A stretch of 60,440 nt of DNA, the filler included, from an uncultured virus (IMG/VR IMGVR_UViG_2124908030_000016) (Duplodnaviria; Heunggongvirae; Uroviricota; Caudoviricetes). It is 12 parts of one record of this genome, joined end to end, with 100 filler letters (N's around TTAATTAATTAA, not from the genome) between each part and the next. Parts side by side here need not be neighbours in the genome. Positions count along the whole stretch, not along the records: positions 1 to 4,815 come from IMGVR_UViG_2124908030_000016; positions 4,916 to 9,665 come from IMGVR_UViG_2124908030_000016; positions 9,766 to 18,978 come from IMGVR_UViG_2124908030_000016; 9 more parts are not named here. One strand, given 5' to 3'. The notes below the pieces were generated by a model, which saw nothing but the letters and a program-made list of their open reading frames with translations, had not been told where the DNA came from and did not search any database. Each line of letters begins with the position of its first letter. Within the stretch, counting starts at the first letter, position 1. A program made the position numbers and the translations under genes. Of this stretch, positions 1 to 10,349 are shown one piece after another.

Positions 1-2120
1 GTGCGGGAGCGGTAAACGCCGTCTGTGGGTCGACAGCGTCCCCTCCGATGGCCGTCGCAGGCCAGGCACAGTACACGACCGTGTGTTGGTCGAACGGAAT
101 GCCGTTGACAGATGACGTGACTGTATCTGTGTAGTCGAACTGGAAGCCCGAGCCGTTGAACTGGAATTCACCAAATTCGCGCCCAACTGAGTTGGCGTTC
201 TGGAGAACGTAATGATCCTCGAACTGGGGCTGGTCGCTCGAGACAACAGCGTGCGTGTTTGTAGACCTCGAGTTGACGAAGTAGCCTAGCGCTTGTGCTG
301 ATGAGCGCTCGAACAGACCGTAGTTCCATCCGAACGGGTTATTCCTTTGATTGAATTCCCCGCTACGGTTCACACCGATCAAGCTGATGGCATCGACGAG
401 TGCGGGTTGCTCACCGATATCTACAGAGACGGTGTCGTTCTCGAGTGGGGAGTTGAGGATCCCGAGTTCAGGCTGTTGACCGTCGGTGTCGATAGCAACG
501 TAGCTGACGAACTTCGTGTCGACCGTCCCACGGTTCGCAGTACCGGTGAATGCCTCGAGGACGTCGAACTCGAACTGACCGTCACCCAAGCTGATAGCGT
601 CGACGACAGTGTCTCCCGCGACACTTCCACCGTTTTGATACCGGAGTTGAAGAGCGACGTCTTCACGAAGTGCAAAGCTGTTGTTGTTTATATTCGTTGG
701 GTCAGTTGCCTGTGCAATGGTCAGCTCCTGAGTAATCGACCCCGTTTCATCAGATGTGACCCAACCGTGACTGAGCCCGTGCGTATCAACGTTATTGATA
801 TCGGTGTTTTGAGCCTCAGCGTTAACAGCCGTGGTCAGGTCGATATAGTCGGCATCACAATCTATTGGAACCGAGGTTACACCGGTTGTCGCGGGAAGTG
901 TGAACGAGCCGACGTCGACCGCACTCAGATCGTTGATCTTGTACGCCTGATACCCGACGATGACCTGGTCACTGTACCGTCTTCCACCAGGATTGACAGT
1001 CGTGAACTCGACATCGAACGACCCAGAGCTTGTTCCGGTAACCTTGCCCGTGATCTCCCCTGCAATTCCGTCATCGTGGAAAATGGTGTGAATCGCCTGG
1101 TCCTCCACAGAGCCAGACCCAGTGTTCGTACTGTGCGAGTCAGTTGCTACAGCGACAGCTCGTTGGTCGANNNNNNNNNNNNNNNNNNNNTTCGTCGTAG
1201 CGACCGACGAACTGGTTGCCAGAGATGTCGCCGTCGCCTTCGGTGTTACCAGCGAGAACTATCGGACGTTGCGATCCACCAGTGCCGTTGTCGGGGGTGT
1301 ACGACGTTGTCTCGTAGACGATGTCACCGTTGACCTGGAGGTAGGCAATACCACTTGCTTCGTCCCAGGAAGCCAACAGGTGGTTCCAACTAAACGCCTC
1401 AACCGATGTAACACCCCCTGGGTTTGGGCCTTGGAAGAACATCCTGATTCTCTGTGTTCCCGACTGATTCTGCTTCAATAGAATCGATGGGAACTCACTG
1501 GCGTCGCGGGAGATGATCCGTTCTCCACCATTACCAGACTCGGATTCAGAGCGGAACCAGAGTGAGTATGCCCCACTCAACGTCGTTGGGTCGGCGAGGC
1601 TATCCTCGAGGAGCTGAACACCGTTTGTCGCACCCCCCTCGTCGGTGGTCTTCAGTGCCTGCCCGTTGAGCCCACTCTCGAAGCTGATCGAGCCGGAGAT
1701 TGTTGTTTCACCGGAGGACTGAACCGATTCTGTCGTTCCATCGAAGGTGTAGTATCGATATGCGTCAACGAGCGGTTCCTTATCCACGCTGGTGAGTGCG
1801 TCGGTTGTATCTCCTCGACGAGTCGAGGTCGAGACAGACGCCGTCTTCGACGTCGTCGTCGACGCGGTCCGTGTCTGCTGTGACAGTGTCGCTGTGATCC
1901 CAGAGGCCGTCCCAATCGACGCCGACGCTGGTGTCGACTGAACCTCTGCCGTTTTGTCGACCACGGCTGTGACTACCTTTGGTGTCCCTGTTGCAGACAC
2001 CACCGATCCTATTGCTGTCACGCCCACCCCAACGTCGGCTACGACAGGAGGTGTCTCAGCCCCTGTTGTCGTAACTGCTACTTGAATAGCACCAAGTTGG
2101 TCAGAGTCTGATTGTGCCAC
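1..2120 (-). CDS. Large virion structural / tail-fibre-like protein with a LamG (concanavalin A-like) domain; runs off the window start, interrupted by the N-gap at 1171-1190
   Basis: ORF 1140..2120 shows the LamG pattern (GLNGQAL...YSLWFR...RIISR...WNHLLASWD...LQVNG...FVGRYDE). Beyond the gap an open, acidic, beta-rich minus-strand frame continues to base 1. Confidence 0.7.
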
Positions 2121-4042
2121 TTATGTGATCCTCCGAACTGTGTAGTAGTACAGCTGATTCTCCGAAATCGTGGTATCGGTATAACTCGTCGTTGATGCAC
2201 TGAGCCCACTTTTGACCGCGGTCCCGAGCGATCCTGCTGTTGTCGATCTGAAGACTGACCACGACCCCGTACCGTTGTTATCGTTTTTAACCCAGCTAAC
2301 AGTTATTTCACCATTGACTGACGCGTCAAGGTTGATACTTCCGGGTGGGAGAATCGTCGTCACTTGTCCGACCGAACTGTCTTGAGTGGCTATGGACTGG
2401 GCACTCCCATTTCGGTATTGGTCAATCTCCGTACGAATTTTCACATCGTGAATTTCGCCGTCGATAAGGCCCGACTGCGTGAACGAGCTAACGGTCGGGC
2501 CGGAGAGAGGCTCGATATTGTACGACGTTGCCTCGTTATTCTTTATCAGAACTCCTGACGCTCACCGAACGTGGCGTTGACCGTCCACGCTCCGTTGATC
2601 TCGCCCTGAGTTGGTGTTGAAAGCGAGAGACNNNNNNNNNNNNNNNNNNNNTTGTATTCATAGCCGAGTGTTCGGAGATTACTCCACGCGGTTCCGTCGT
2701 ACCATTCAAGATCTGCGAATTCCGTAGAATTGTCCATTGAGCCAGCAGCCATTGCACAGCTCACAATGACATCAGACTCGCTGGAGAGGTCACCAAGGTT
2801 CTTTTCGATGCGCCCAGATCCGTCGAGCTGGGCGTAATATGTCCCCTGATTAGCCCCCGAAATACCGGCATCGGTCAGCCCACTCGATGAGATCAGCGCG
2901 TCCTGCTCAACAAAGTCCCACTCGGCGAAGTCCTGATCTTCAAAATCGTCCGAGAAATAGACGTTGCCCTCGTTACCGTAGTCAGCATACACGTATGGTG
3001 ACTGTTGAAGAGACGATTCCTGGTTGTGGAAATGTGCGACTCGTAGCTGATAGCGAGCGTCTTGCCCGAGGAATGCGTTTGTACTGGCCGTGTACGAGCG
3101 TGTCGTTGTCGTTCCCTTCGACGCGCCCGAGATCGTCTCGATGGAAGTCCACGCTCCGTATCCAGTTCCTGTATCTTCTCGATATTGGATATCCACATTA
3201 GCTACCGACCCCATATCCGAATCGTGTGTGAACGTCAGGTCGATTGCGTCACTGCTAGGGCGACTCACACTCGGCTCAGTTGGTGGAACTGGGGTTGTGT
3301 AATGCGTATTCGAGCTTGTATATCCAGACGTCCCGGCTGAGTTCACAGCGCGAACCCGGAATACAAACGACGAGTCGATCCCAACGACACTGGAGACCGA
3401 ATTGTCACTGTTCGGGCCGTAGTTGTAGCTCTGCGTCGACGTCGACCCACCCGGACTTGATGGACCACCACTCGGAGCAACGAAGGATGCCCCGTCACGG
3501 CTCATCTGGACGTCGTACGAGCCAACATCTCCACCCCAATCGTTCGGAGATCCGACAGTTACGCCGATGTTGTCGTTGTCGTTGACAGATAATGAGACAG
3601 ACGAGGGAGATGAAGGAGATGTAAGATCAGGGTACGTCGTTATCGATGCCCACATATAGTTGATATCGAATTCAAATATAGCAAGCCCCTCACTTGCGCC
3701 GGATGTAACGTCGGCGTGACTATTACTACTCGGGAATCCCGGGCTATTATTCTGTGCCCGGGTATAATCTGCCCCTTTGGAGTCCACCATCAGGTAGTAG
3801 GCATTCCCCGGGCTTAGATTACTCGGAGGAGTGATAGTTCCCCCTTCACCAAAACTGAATTGTTTCTCCTTCAGTATATTTCCGTCAATATCAAGTATAT
3901 ACGCGTGATTTCCACCAGCAGGGCCGTAGAGGGTAAAATCGAGTTTCTTTATTGGGGTCTTCGGCTCTATTTTGATCCCGAGTTTGGACGAGACCTGAGT
4001 CCCGGAGCTGCGGTGTGGCGGGAGATTAAGAAACTCGCTCAT
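2121..4042 (-). CDS. Fibronectin type III repeat virion protein (gap at 2632-2652; apparent 1-nt frameshift near 2548)
   Basis: FN3 motifs FRVRAVNSAGTS, YQLRVAH and TSYTDTT..YYYTVR. ORFs 2546..4042 and 2121..2444 join if GAGTTCTGATAAAG lacks one C. Confidence 0.7.
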
Positions 4043-4266
4043 TTTAGACTACCTTGGGAATAGCGCTGCCTTCAGCTACGACAATCCACTCCTTCTTGAC
4101 GGCCGAGATTGAGCTGTGGTCACCGGGTTCATCGAAGACAGTGGTGTACCACATTTGCGACAAAATGATTCGAACGTACTCTAGTCCGAGTCTGACTCGT
4201 CAGATGCGTCGTCTGCGTAGACGACCTCAGCCTCGGCCTCGAGTGGTTCGAACAGATCAGCCAGGC

Positions 4267-4713
4267 TCACGTCAGTGTCAGGCCTGCGCCCGACAGCGTG
4301 AACTGGTCGATGTCAGAAAGATTGTACGACTGATTGAGCGAGCCGGTGAACAGCAGATGGTCGGTCGCTGACGTGTCGCCAGTGTCATCAGCAGTGAAGC
4401 TGATGAGCACCGCGTACGCGTCGACACTCTGGCTCGAGTCAGACGTATCGAACGTCTGGTCCGCAATGATGGCTTCGTGGTCGCCACCGTTGTCCTGGAC
4501 CGTGAAGCCCCCCGTCCCAAAGCTCGCGCTCTGGCGAGCGAAGAGACTCCCCGATGGCTCGCTCCCGATCGACCCGATGTCACTCGAGTCATTCAGTGCA
4601 TCTGTAGCGTCCGAAAACAGCGTCACATTGACACTGGCCGGCTTCGAGAGGCTCTCCTCGAAGAAGTCGTCGAGAATTGCCTCTTCTCCGGTATCGTGAA
4701 GTTGTGTTGTCAA
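4267..4713 (-). CDS. Putative tail/virion protein (148 aa)
   Basis: Acidic, beta-rich protein upstream of the FN3 and LamG genes; resembles small phage tail-associated proteins. Confidence 0.55.
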   Translation of the reverse strand: MTTQLHDTGEEAILDDFFEESLSKPASVNVTLFSDATDALNDSSDIGSIGSEPSGSLFARQSASFGTGGFTVQDNGGDHEAIIADQTFDTSDSSQSVDAYAVLISFTADDTGDTSATDHLLFTGSLNQSYNLSDIDQFTLSGAGLTLT

Positions 4714-4859
4714 CTTTGGAACACCTAGTGGCTATTTGTTTGCGTCCCACCAGAGACCGCCACAGCGGGGGACCCAGGTGGTCGACAAACGTCACAGCGA
4801 CAGAGATCCTACGTCNNNNNNNNNNNNNNNNNNNNNNNNNNNNNNNNNNNNNNNNNNNN

Positions 4860-4871
4860 TTAATTAATTAA
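4860..4871. other. Artificial six-frame-stop gap linker TTAATTAATTAA (also at 9710, 19023, 25853, 27241, 34473, 40027, 42257, 44971, 48726, 57849)
   Basis: Identical 12-mer flanked by about 44 N on each side, 11 times. Confidence 0.97.
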
Positions 4872-4915
4872 NNNNNNNNNNNNNNNNNNNNNNNNNNNNN
4901 NNNNNNNNNNNNNNN

Positions 4916-5159
4916 CACACTGTGCGCAGGTGACAGACATCGTCGCGGAGCGGTCTTCTCGATCAGTCTGCCAGCTCGTGTAGCAGTTGCGTGAGCAGAA
5001 CTGCTGATCGCGACGGTTTTGTTCGCTTGCGGGGCGTCCGAACTCAGTGTCACATTCAGCGCAGGTTGCCGTCGAGAGCGACCCGTCGTGAGTGTGGCCG
5101 TAGTGGACAGCCAGCCCGTGTGTGGTATCGGCGTGAAAGTCACATTCAGGGCAGTTCAT
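4916..5159 (-). CDS. Zinc-finger protein, probably the N-terminus of an HNH endonuclease (3' end truncated)
   Basis: C2H2 finger CPEC..HYGHTH followed by a CAEC...FCSRNC treble-clef-like motif. Confidence 0.6.
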
Positions 5160-5446
5160 ACCTCAAGATAATCGAGTGCGCTGCCATCGCTCACGAGGAA
5201 CTCTTCCAGCGGAGGCCCCTCAGTGACGAGGTCTTCGTACACAGTCGTGGGCACGCGGAGCTCGTCAAATGGAACGGCTCCATCGGTGGTTGCACGGACT
5301 GTGACGCCGTTCTCGACGGTTCGGAGTGATGGTTCGTAGCTCCCGACCAGATGGCCCAGTGCGTCGCTCGTTGTCGGGACGATGACGTCGCCTTCGACGA
5401 CCCAGAGTTCGGCGATATCGTATGAGTCAGAAAACGAAATCATCAC
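5156..5446 (-). CDS. Hypothetical protein
   Basis: Acidic 96-aa ORF overlapping its neighbours by 4 nt. Confidence 0.6.
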   Translation of the reverse strand: MMISFSDSYDIAELWVVEGDVIVPTTSDALGHLVGSYEPSLRTVENGVTVRATTDGAVPFDELRVPTTVYEDLVTEGPPLEEFLVSDGSALDYLEV

Positions 5447-5712
5447 AGCATCTTGATGGACCCGTTCTGAACACGAAGGTGATACTCGTCGTCAAGCTCG
5501 AAGCGGATCGATGGGCTCAGCGTGATCTCGTCGGATTCGTCGTCTGGATTTTCCCACGTCCACGTGGGGTCTGGATACGGGCTGTCTCTCCCATCGACGT
5601 GAAACGGGAACGACCCCAGGAGTTGACCATCGCCGAGATGGACGTAGCCACCCGTCTCATCGTCGTTCATCCCCACGCCGATCACTCGGATCTCCTCAGT
5701 CATCGGAGCCAC
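5443..5712 (-). CDS. Hypothetical protein
   Basis: Acidic ORF with a WTW...ITLSPSI motif, in an operon. Confidence 0.55.
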   Translation of the reverse strand: MAPMTEEIRVIGVGMNDDETGGYVHLGDGQLLGSFPFHVDGRDSPYPDPTWTWENPDDESDEITLSPSIRFELDDEYHLRVQNGSIKML

Positions 5713-5932
5713 TCAGTGCTTCGGCGAGAGACTTTGTCGCGTCTGCCTTTTCACTCTCAGGATCGTCGTAGATCCCGAGTTCTTTGAGGCGCTTCGAGAC
5801 GTCACGATCGAGACGCGACAGTGGGAGGTTGACCGGATGTTCGTCGACCGTCATCTGTGGTTCTCCGTGCTCGCCGTAGTCGGTCACCTGTTCTTTGATC
5901 ATCCCTTCGAACTCCCCGTTGTCGTCGACGAG
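5696..5932 (-). CDS. Putative terminase small subunit, C-terminal part (5' end in gap)
   Basis: EHPVNLPLSRLDRDVSKRLKELGIYDDPESEKADA resembles the C-termini of haloviral small terminases; it heads the virion operon. Confidence 0.55.
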   Translation of the reverse strand, partial: LVDDNGEFEGMIKEQVTDYGEHGEPQMTVDEHPVNLPLSRLDRDVSKRLKELGIYDDPESEKADATKSLAEALSGSDD

Positions 5933-6043
5933 NNNNNNNNNNNNNNNNNNNNAAAACCCCCTAGGGGATGAGGGCAGAGTAGAGGACGATTGGCAGAGGA
6001 GAACCCCCTACCACTATATCAGTAATGGTTCCTCTTACTTCAA

Positions 6044-6658
6044 TCAGAACACCAACTCTGCGTACTTCTTCCGGATGTGTCGTCTAACCGACATTATATC
6101 GTTCGTATCGAGGTCGAGGTCGTCGAGCAGGCGTTGTGCGTTCTCGCGGTTGAGTGTCCTGTGTTCGATATGCCCAGGCTCGTACATTGGAGAGCGTGCG
6201 CGTTCGTAGACTGTTTGATCTATCAGCAGAGACAACACCGCGAAGACGTACGCTTCTTGTGGGTACTGGCCCGCTCGTGCGTCGATCAAGTCGACGATAC
6301 GTGTGGTCTCTTCGATCAGATATGAACTCGCATCGAGCTGGGTGCCGAAGATCTCGGCCCATCGAGCTTTGTCTGCCCAGGAGTTCTGGCGCCAGCGATC
6401 TGGCTCACCGACGCCGTCGTTCCAACTCGCGAGATCACTCCACGAACGACGGTCTTCTGGCGCTCGATGTTTCTGGGGCGGTGTTACCGAATCGACATCA
6501 TCTGGATAGAATGTCGTTCTCGTGTTCGACCGGCCGTCGTTCGGATGACGTCGTGCGTTCGCCCGGATCCATCCATCAGTGCGGTCGCCCTCAGCGTGCC
6601 CAGGGCGGTCGTCGAGGAACTTCGCAATCGCGCCTTCTGGAAGTGGCTCGTCGTCCAT
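6044..6658 (-). CDS. TFIIB cyclin-fold-like / haloarchaeal 'RNAP epsilon'-like protein
   Basis: Helical pattern WSDLASWNDG...DKARWAEIFGTQLDAS..IEETTRIV.......PQEAYVFAVLSLLID. Confidence 0.4.
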   Translation of the reverse strand: MDDEPLPEGAIAKFLDDRPGHAEGDRTDGWIRANARRHPNDGRSNTRTTFYPDDVDSVTPPQKHRAPEDRRSWSDLASWNDGVGEPDRWRQNSWADKARWAEIFGTQLDASSYLIEETTRIVDLIDARAGQYPQEAYVFAVLSLLIDQTVYERARSPMYEPGHIEHRTLNRENAQRLLDDLDLDTNDIMSVRRHIRKKYAELVF

Positions 6659-6823
6659 CAGCGACCGAGGCGACAGAATGTATAAAACGTACACGGTCGA
6701 GTTACTTTATTCTTTCGGGTGTGGGCGTTGGTGTTGCGCAAAACGCCGGAATTCTGGGAGCAGAATCGGGTCGATTTTCGCGAACGTGTACAGCGGTTGT
6801 GTAACAGCACGACGTTTCGCCCT

Positions 6824-6833
6824 ATTTAAAAAC
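6824..6833 (+). promoter_or_regulatory. Strong TATA box
   Basis: TATTTAAAAA in GC-rich context, ahead of about 370 nt of structured non-coding sequence. Confidence 0.55.
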
Positions 6834-7210
6834 TGTATCCGCCGGTGGACAGCTAGGCCGTGCCGTGTGCGGGAGTGACCTCATCACGATACGGACGGGA
6901 CCGCGTCGCAACCTGCTATGGACTATCCTATTCGTGGACCGGGTCGGCCGTCGTGGCCCCTTGCATCGGTGCGTTCACATCTCCCGCAACGGTGGACCGG
7001 GTCGGCTGATACGAAAGACGACGGTCGACGGTGGGCCACCCAGGGGTCCCGCGCGTGCTCGAACACCCGCAACACACCGCACTCGCCCGCGCGGGACAGC
7101 ACATTGCGCGCGCCAACAGTCTGGCCTTCCGCCATCGCCCTTGAAGGCCTCCACCGGCGCAAACCGCGCGCCGGTGTAACCTCCAAGGGGATGCCGGATA
7201 CCAGGCCTGT

Positions 7211-7444
7211 ATGGCGCACAAGAGCCATAGCGACGAGTCGAAGCGCTACGAATTAATCAAGTGCAAGCAGTGTGGTAGCGTCACCGAGGAGAGCACAGTC
7301 GAGTGGCTGGAGCCCCCCATAGTCCCCAAGCGACATCGGGGCCCCGGTTCGTACGACCCGACTCCTGACTCGATTGCGATGCCCTGTTGTGGTCACGTTC
7401 AGCACTGCGCAAAGAAAATCCAAGAGCGCATCGAAGGGACGTAG
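7211..7444 (+). CDS. Small zinc-ribbon protein
   Basis: CKQC...CCGH motifs; followed by a T-tract. Confidence 0.6.
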   Translation: MAHKSHSDESKRYELIKCKQCGSVTEESTVEWLEPPIVPKRHRGPGSYDPTPDSIAMPCCGHVQHCAKKIQERIEGT

Positions 7445-7452
7445 GCACAGGC

Positions 7453-7467
7453 GCTCTCTTTTTTATT
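7453..7467 (+). terminator. Archaeal oligo-T terminator
   Basis: CTCTCTTTTTTATT directly after the stop at 7444. Confidence 0.5.
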
Positions 7468-7568
7468 GCTTACGACAAGGAGCGGTCCTTCGGACGCTCC
7501 ACTCTCGCGAGCAAGCTCGCTCGAGTCCCGGTGGACAGTCGGGGTCGTCGTCGAGCTCGCGAGCCCGA

Positions 7569-7675
7569 TGGACGTCGACTCGATCAGCCTGACCGACGTC
7601 GTTGCCCTCGAGTTCGTGACCGGCTTGGACGTCGACTCGATCCGCCTGGACGTCGACTCGATCCGCCTGGACGTC
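7569..7675. repeat. 21-bp tandem repeat TGGACGTCGACTCGATCCGCC
   Basis: Exact copies at 7626-7646 and 7647-7667, a partial copy at 7668-7675 and a near copy at 7569-7591. Confidence 0.85.
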
Positions 7676-8800
7676 CTCGAGCTCGTCATCGGGAGAGACA
7701 CGGTCGTCGATCGCGGGACTCGCGCCGGGGCGTCGACGTCGAGCTAGATCAGTCGTGTCGGCGGGACTCGTGCCGACGTCGGCCCCGACGGGACTTGATT
7801 CGACGAACCAGACACTAGTTCGAACAGCTATGAAGCCCCGAGACGCTCGCGGTCGCTCGGCGACATATCGACCCGACCGGGTCACTGTCGGTCGGGCCCA
7901 CGCGGGGGCGAACGTGACTCCTCGTCAGAGGCGCTTCGCGCTCGCACCGTGCGGATTAGCCACGTTGGGCCGTGTCGGGGCGGACGACGATACTCGGGCC
8001 CGGTCGGGCCGATAGGGCACGACCGAGCGACAGCGTCGCGAGCGGCACTCCCCTTGATCCCCCTCTCGGTGGGTCAGTTTGCCCTCCACGCTCAAACGGC
8101 TGATGTCCGAGGCTCATCCCCGCGCCTTGCCGAGCTGACGCACCCGAAACACGGCGAATTCGGCTCGGCGAGCCGAAGTTCGCCCGCATCGACCGGCTCA
8201 GCGAGCTGACCCGGCCGATTTCGGGCGCCTCAGCTGTCAAGTCACGCGGACTCCCTGCGCGCGCTCAATCACCACAAAGCACCGCACTCGCGCGCTCGGT
8301 CGGGGTCTATCCGACCTTCGCTTCCTCCACTCCTCGTCTCCTGCGCCCGCTCGAGAGCGGTCGCTTCGAACGGTCTGAAACGCTGAGATACCCGCTCTCG
8401 GCGGACCCTACCCGCTCGGTTACCGCACAGACCGCACTCGCGGGTCCCTTCCACCGACATCGCGCATCTCAGCATCCAGACCGTCCGAATCGGAACAGAT
8501 TCGCGCACGTCTCGAAACGCTGAACCACACCGCGATTCCGGCCGGTTCAGTCTAAGCTGAACCGGCACCGTCGGAATCGGGCGGTTCAGCATTCGAGACC
8601 CACGCCAATCTGGCCGTCTGGAGACGGCCTCGTCGGAACATTAATTTCTTCCAACTTGACCCTTCGGCTCATACGGCTCGGGCGACCAGCAGGGCACGTC
8701 GCGCACGCGCGGAACGCGCGCACGGAAATAGAATAGCGTCGCCCGAGCCGAACAGGGTCGCGTCCTGACGGCCAATGACGTGGTTGCCGATTCGCGGAAC

Positions 8801-9123
8801 TGCGGGCCCTGACCACCGACGGCCGATTCGGTCTCCGCAAAGCACCGCACGAATCGGCCGGCTCAGCGCTCCTCGCCCTCCACGAATCGACAATCTGTGC
8901 AGTGCACAGACCGTCAGAACCCGACAGGCGCTCCTGCGGGCCCTGACCACCGACGACCGATTTCCGGTGGAAATCGGCCGGCTCAGGGCTCCTCGAGGAG
9001 CGCGCCTGCCGAAGAGTCAAGTATGGAACCACGAGCGCCGGTCTGCTTGTTGCGGGCGCTGACCACCGACGGCCGATTCGAACTCCGCAAAGACCGCACG
9101 AATCGGCCGGCTCAGCGCTCCTC
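8801..9123. repeat. Array of three hairpin-forming repeats (60-74 bp) with unique spacers
   Basis: TGCGGGC(C/G)CTGACCACCGACG(G/A)CCGATT...AATCGGCCGGCTCAG(C/G)GCTCCTC at 8801-8874, 8935-8994 and 9051-9123. Confidence 0.9.
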
Positions 9124-9164
9124 ACGGCGCGGACGGCGCTCGTTGAAATCATACCTTCGTGTGT

Positions 9165-9665
9165 ATGTCCGAACAGGACAGCCCAGGCAGTGCGGTGGAT
9201 TGTGCGGATACTAACAGCAGCGGTGGCGAGGTCGCTCGGCAGACGTCGATTACCATCATCGCGGATGAAGACCTTGCGGAGGATTCGAACTCAGGCGGGA
9301 AGCGTCGAAAAGACGCACTGAAGACGGTCCGGAGTTGCGTCGAACGGATTGCTAACCTCGACGACCAGCTCGCAATTGGCTTCTGTCGTCAACTCGGTGG
9401 GGACGTCGCAGCAGGATTCAACAAGTGGCAGGTCGTCTTCGAGGACCGTGCGTGGGGTCGAACGCGCGAATTCGAGGCAGATTGGGAATCGCACGGATGC
9501 GAGGCGTGGAACGACCCCCGCGTCGAACACAATCACCGGACGTGCCAGCGGTGCCACGTCGTGGACGCCCCGAAGGCTCGTGACCAGCGAATTGCGCTCT
9601 GGTCCGACATCCTCCTTGTGCTCGGTGAGCAGGACTACCTCGATAGACTGATTGAGACCGCGCGT
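9165..9665 (+). CDS. SLOG/YspA (DUF2493)-like protein, 3' truncated
   Basis: GGD..A...FEADWESHG...ARDQRIALWSDILLVLG matches the SLOG pattern ADW..HG...RN..M...D. Confidence 0.45.
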
Positions 9666-9765
9666 NNNNNNNNNNNNNNNNNNNNNNNNNNNNNNNNNNN
9701 NNNNNNNNNTTAATTAATTAANNNNNNNNNNNNNNNNNNNNNNNNNNNNNNNNNNNNNNNNNNNN

Positions 9766-10318
9766 CCCCGCAGGCTGGCGGGGTGTTGCGGTAACAGCTC
9801 CAGGTCATACCGAACGGGACGTCGAGATCGTGGCCGGTGTCGACGATCCGTGTTTTCGAGTAGTCGAGAAACGGTGTCTGGAGAGAGATCGAGGTGCCGG
9901 GGGCTGTCCCAGTGATTATCGTTTCCTGGAAGGCGCAGAGAAACTCATACGCGCAGTCGGGGTACTGACTTTCGTGAATGCCCGTCCAGATAGCCGAACA
10001 GTTGTTGGCCTCGGCGTAGGCCGTCGCCATCGACAGGAGCGTGGCGTTTCGGAACGGCACGTATGTCTCGACGATCTCTCCGTCGATGGCTTCACCATCG
10101 GTCAGCGCTGAGCCCTGGAGGTCAGTCGTGTCGATGGTGTGGACGTTCGCGACGTCGTAGTGCTCACACAGCTCCAGGACAGCCTGGTGTTCGGCCTGAG
10201 CGGTTTCTTGGCCGTACGAACAGTGGACGACGTGTGTCTCACCATCGACCTGACAGGCCAGTCCAAGAGCTGTTGCACTGTCGAGGCCACCCGAAAGGAG
10301 GACCACATTGGATCTCAT
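9766..10318 (-). CDS. queC: 7-cyano-7-deazaguanine (preQ0) synthase QueC, 3' truncated
   Basis: SGGLDS PP-loop, YGQ, TYVPFRNA, YPDC, TPF...SK, TWSCY...CG. Confidence 0.95.
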
Positions 10319-10349
10319 TGCGACGGACCGCAGTCGTCAGAGACGAGAT

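Noticed and set aside
347..1333. 328-aa plus-strand ORF (and similar antisense ORFs such as 32812..33849 and 46289..47239)
   Set aside because: Antisense shadows of real genes on the opposite strand, typical of GC-rich DNA.
2540..2555. Programmed frameshift in the FN3 gene
   Set aside because: No slippery heptamer; similar 1-2-nt losses at about 34580, 38335 and 44845 point to sequencing indels.
4070..4270. Second amber readthrough (TAG at 4181-4183 followed in frame by FCRKCGTPL)
   Set aside because: Short ORFs, a single CxxC and an alternative frame; too weak to support recoding, and many genes here end normally in TAG.
7463..7885. Confident CDS over the 21-bp repeats
   Set aside because: Both strands give plausible short acidic frames, so the strand and start cannot be assigned.
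7004..8150. Hammerhead ribozyme cores (CTGATACGAAA at about 7006; CTGACGCACCCGAAAC at about 8135)
   Set aside because: Neither matches CUGANGA-stem II-GAAA.
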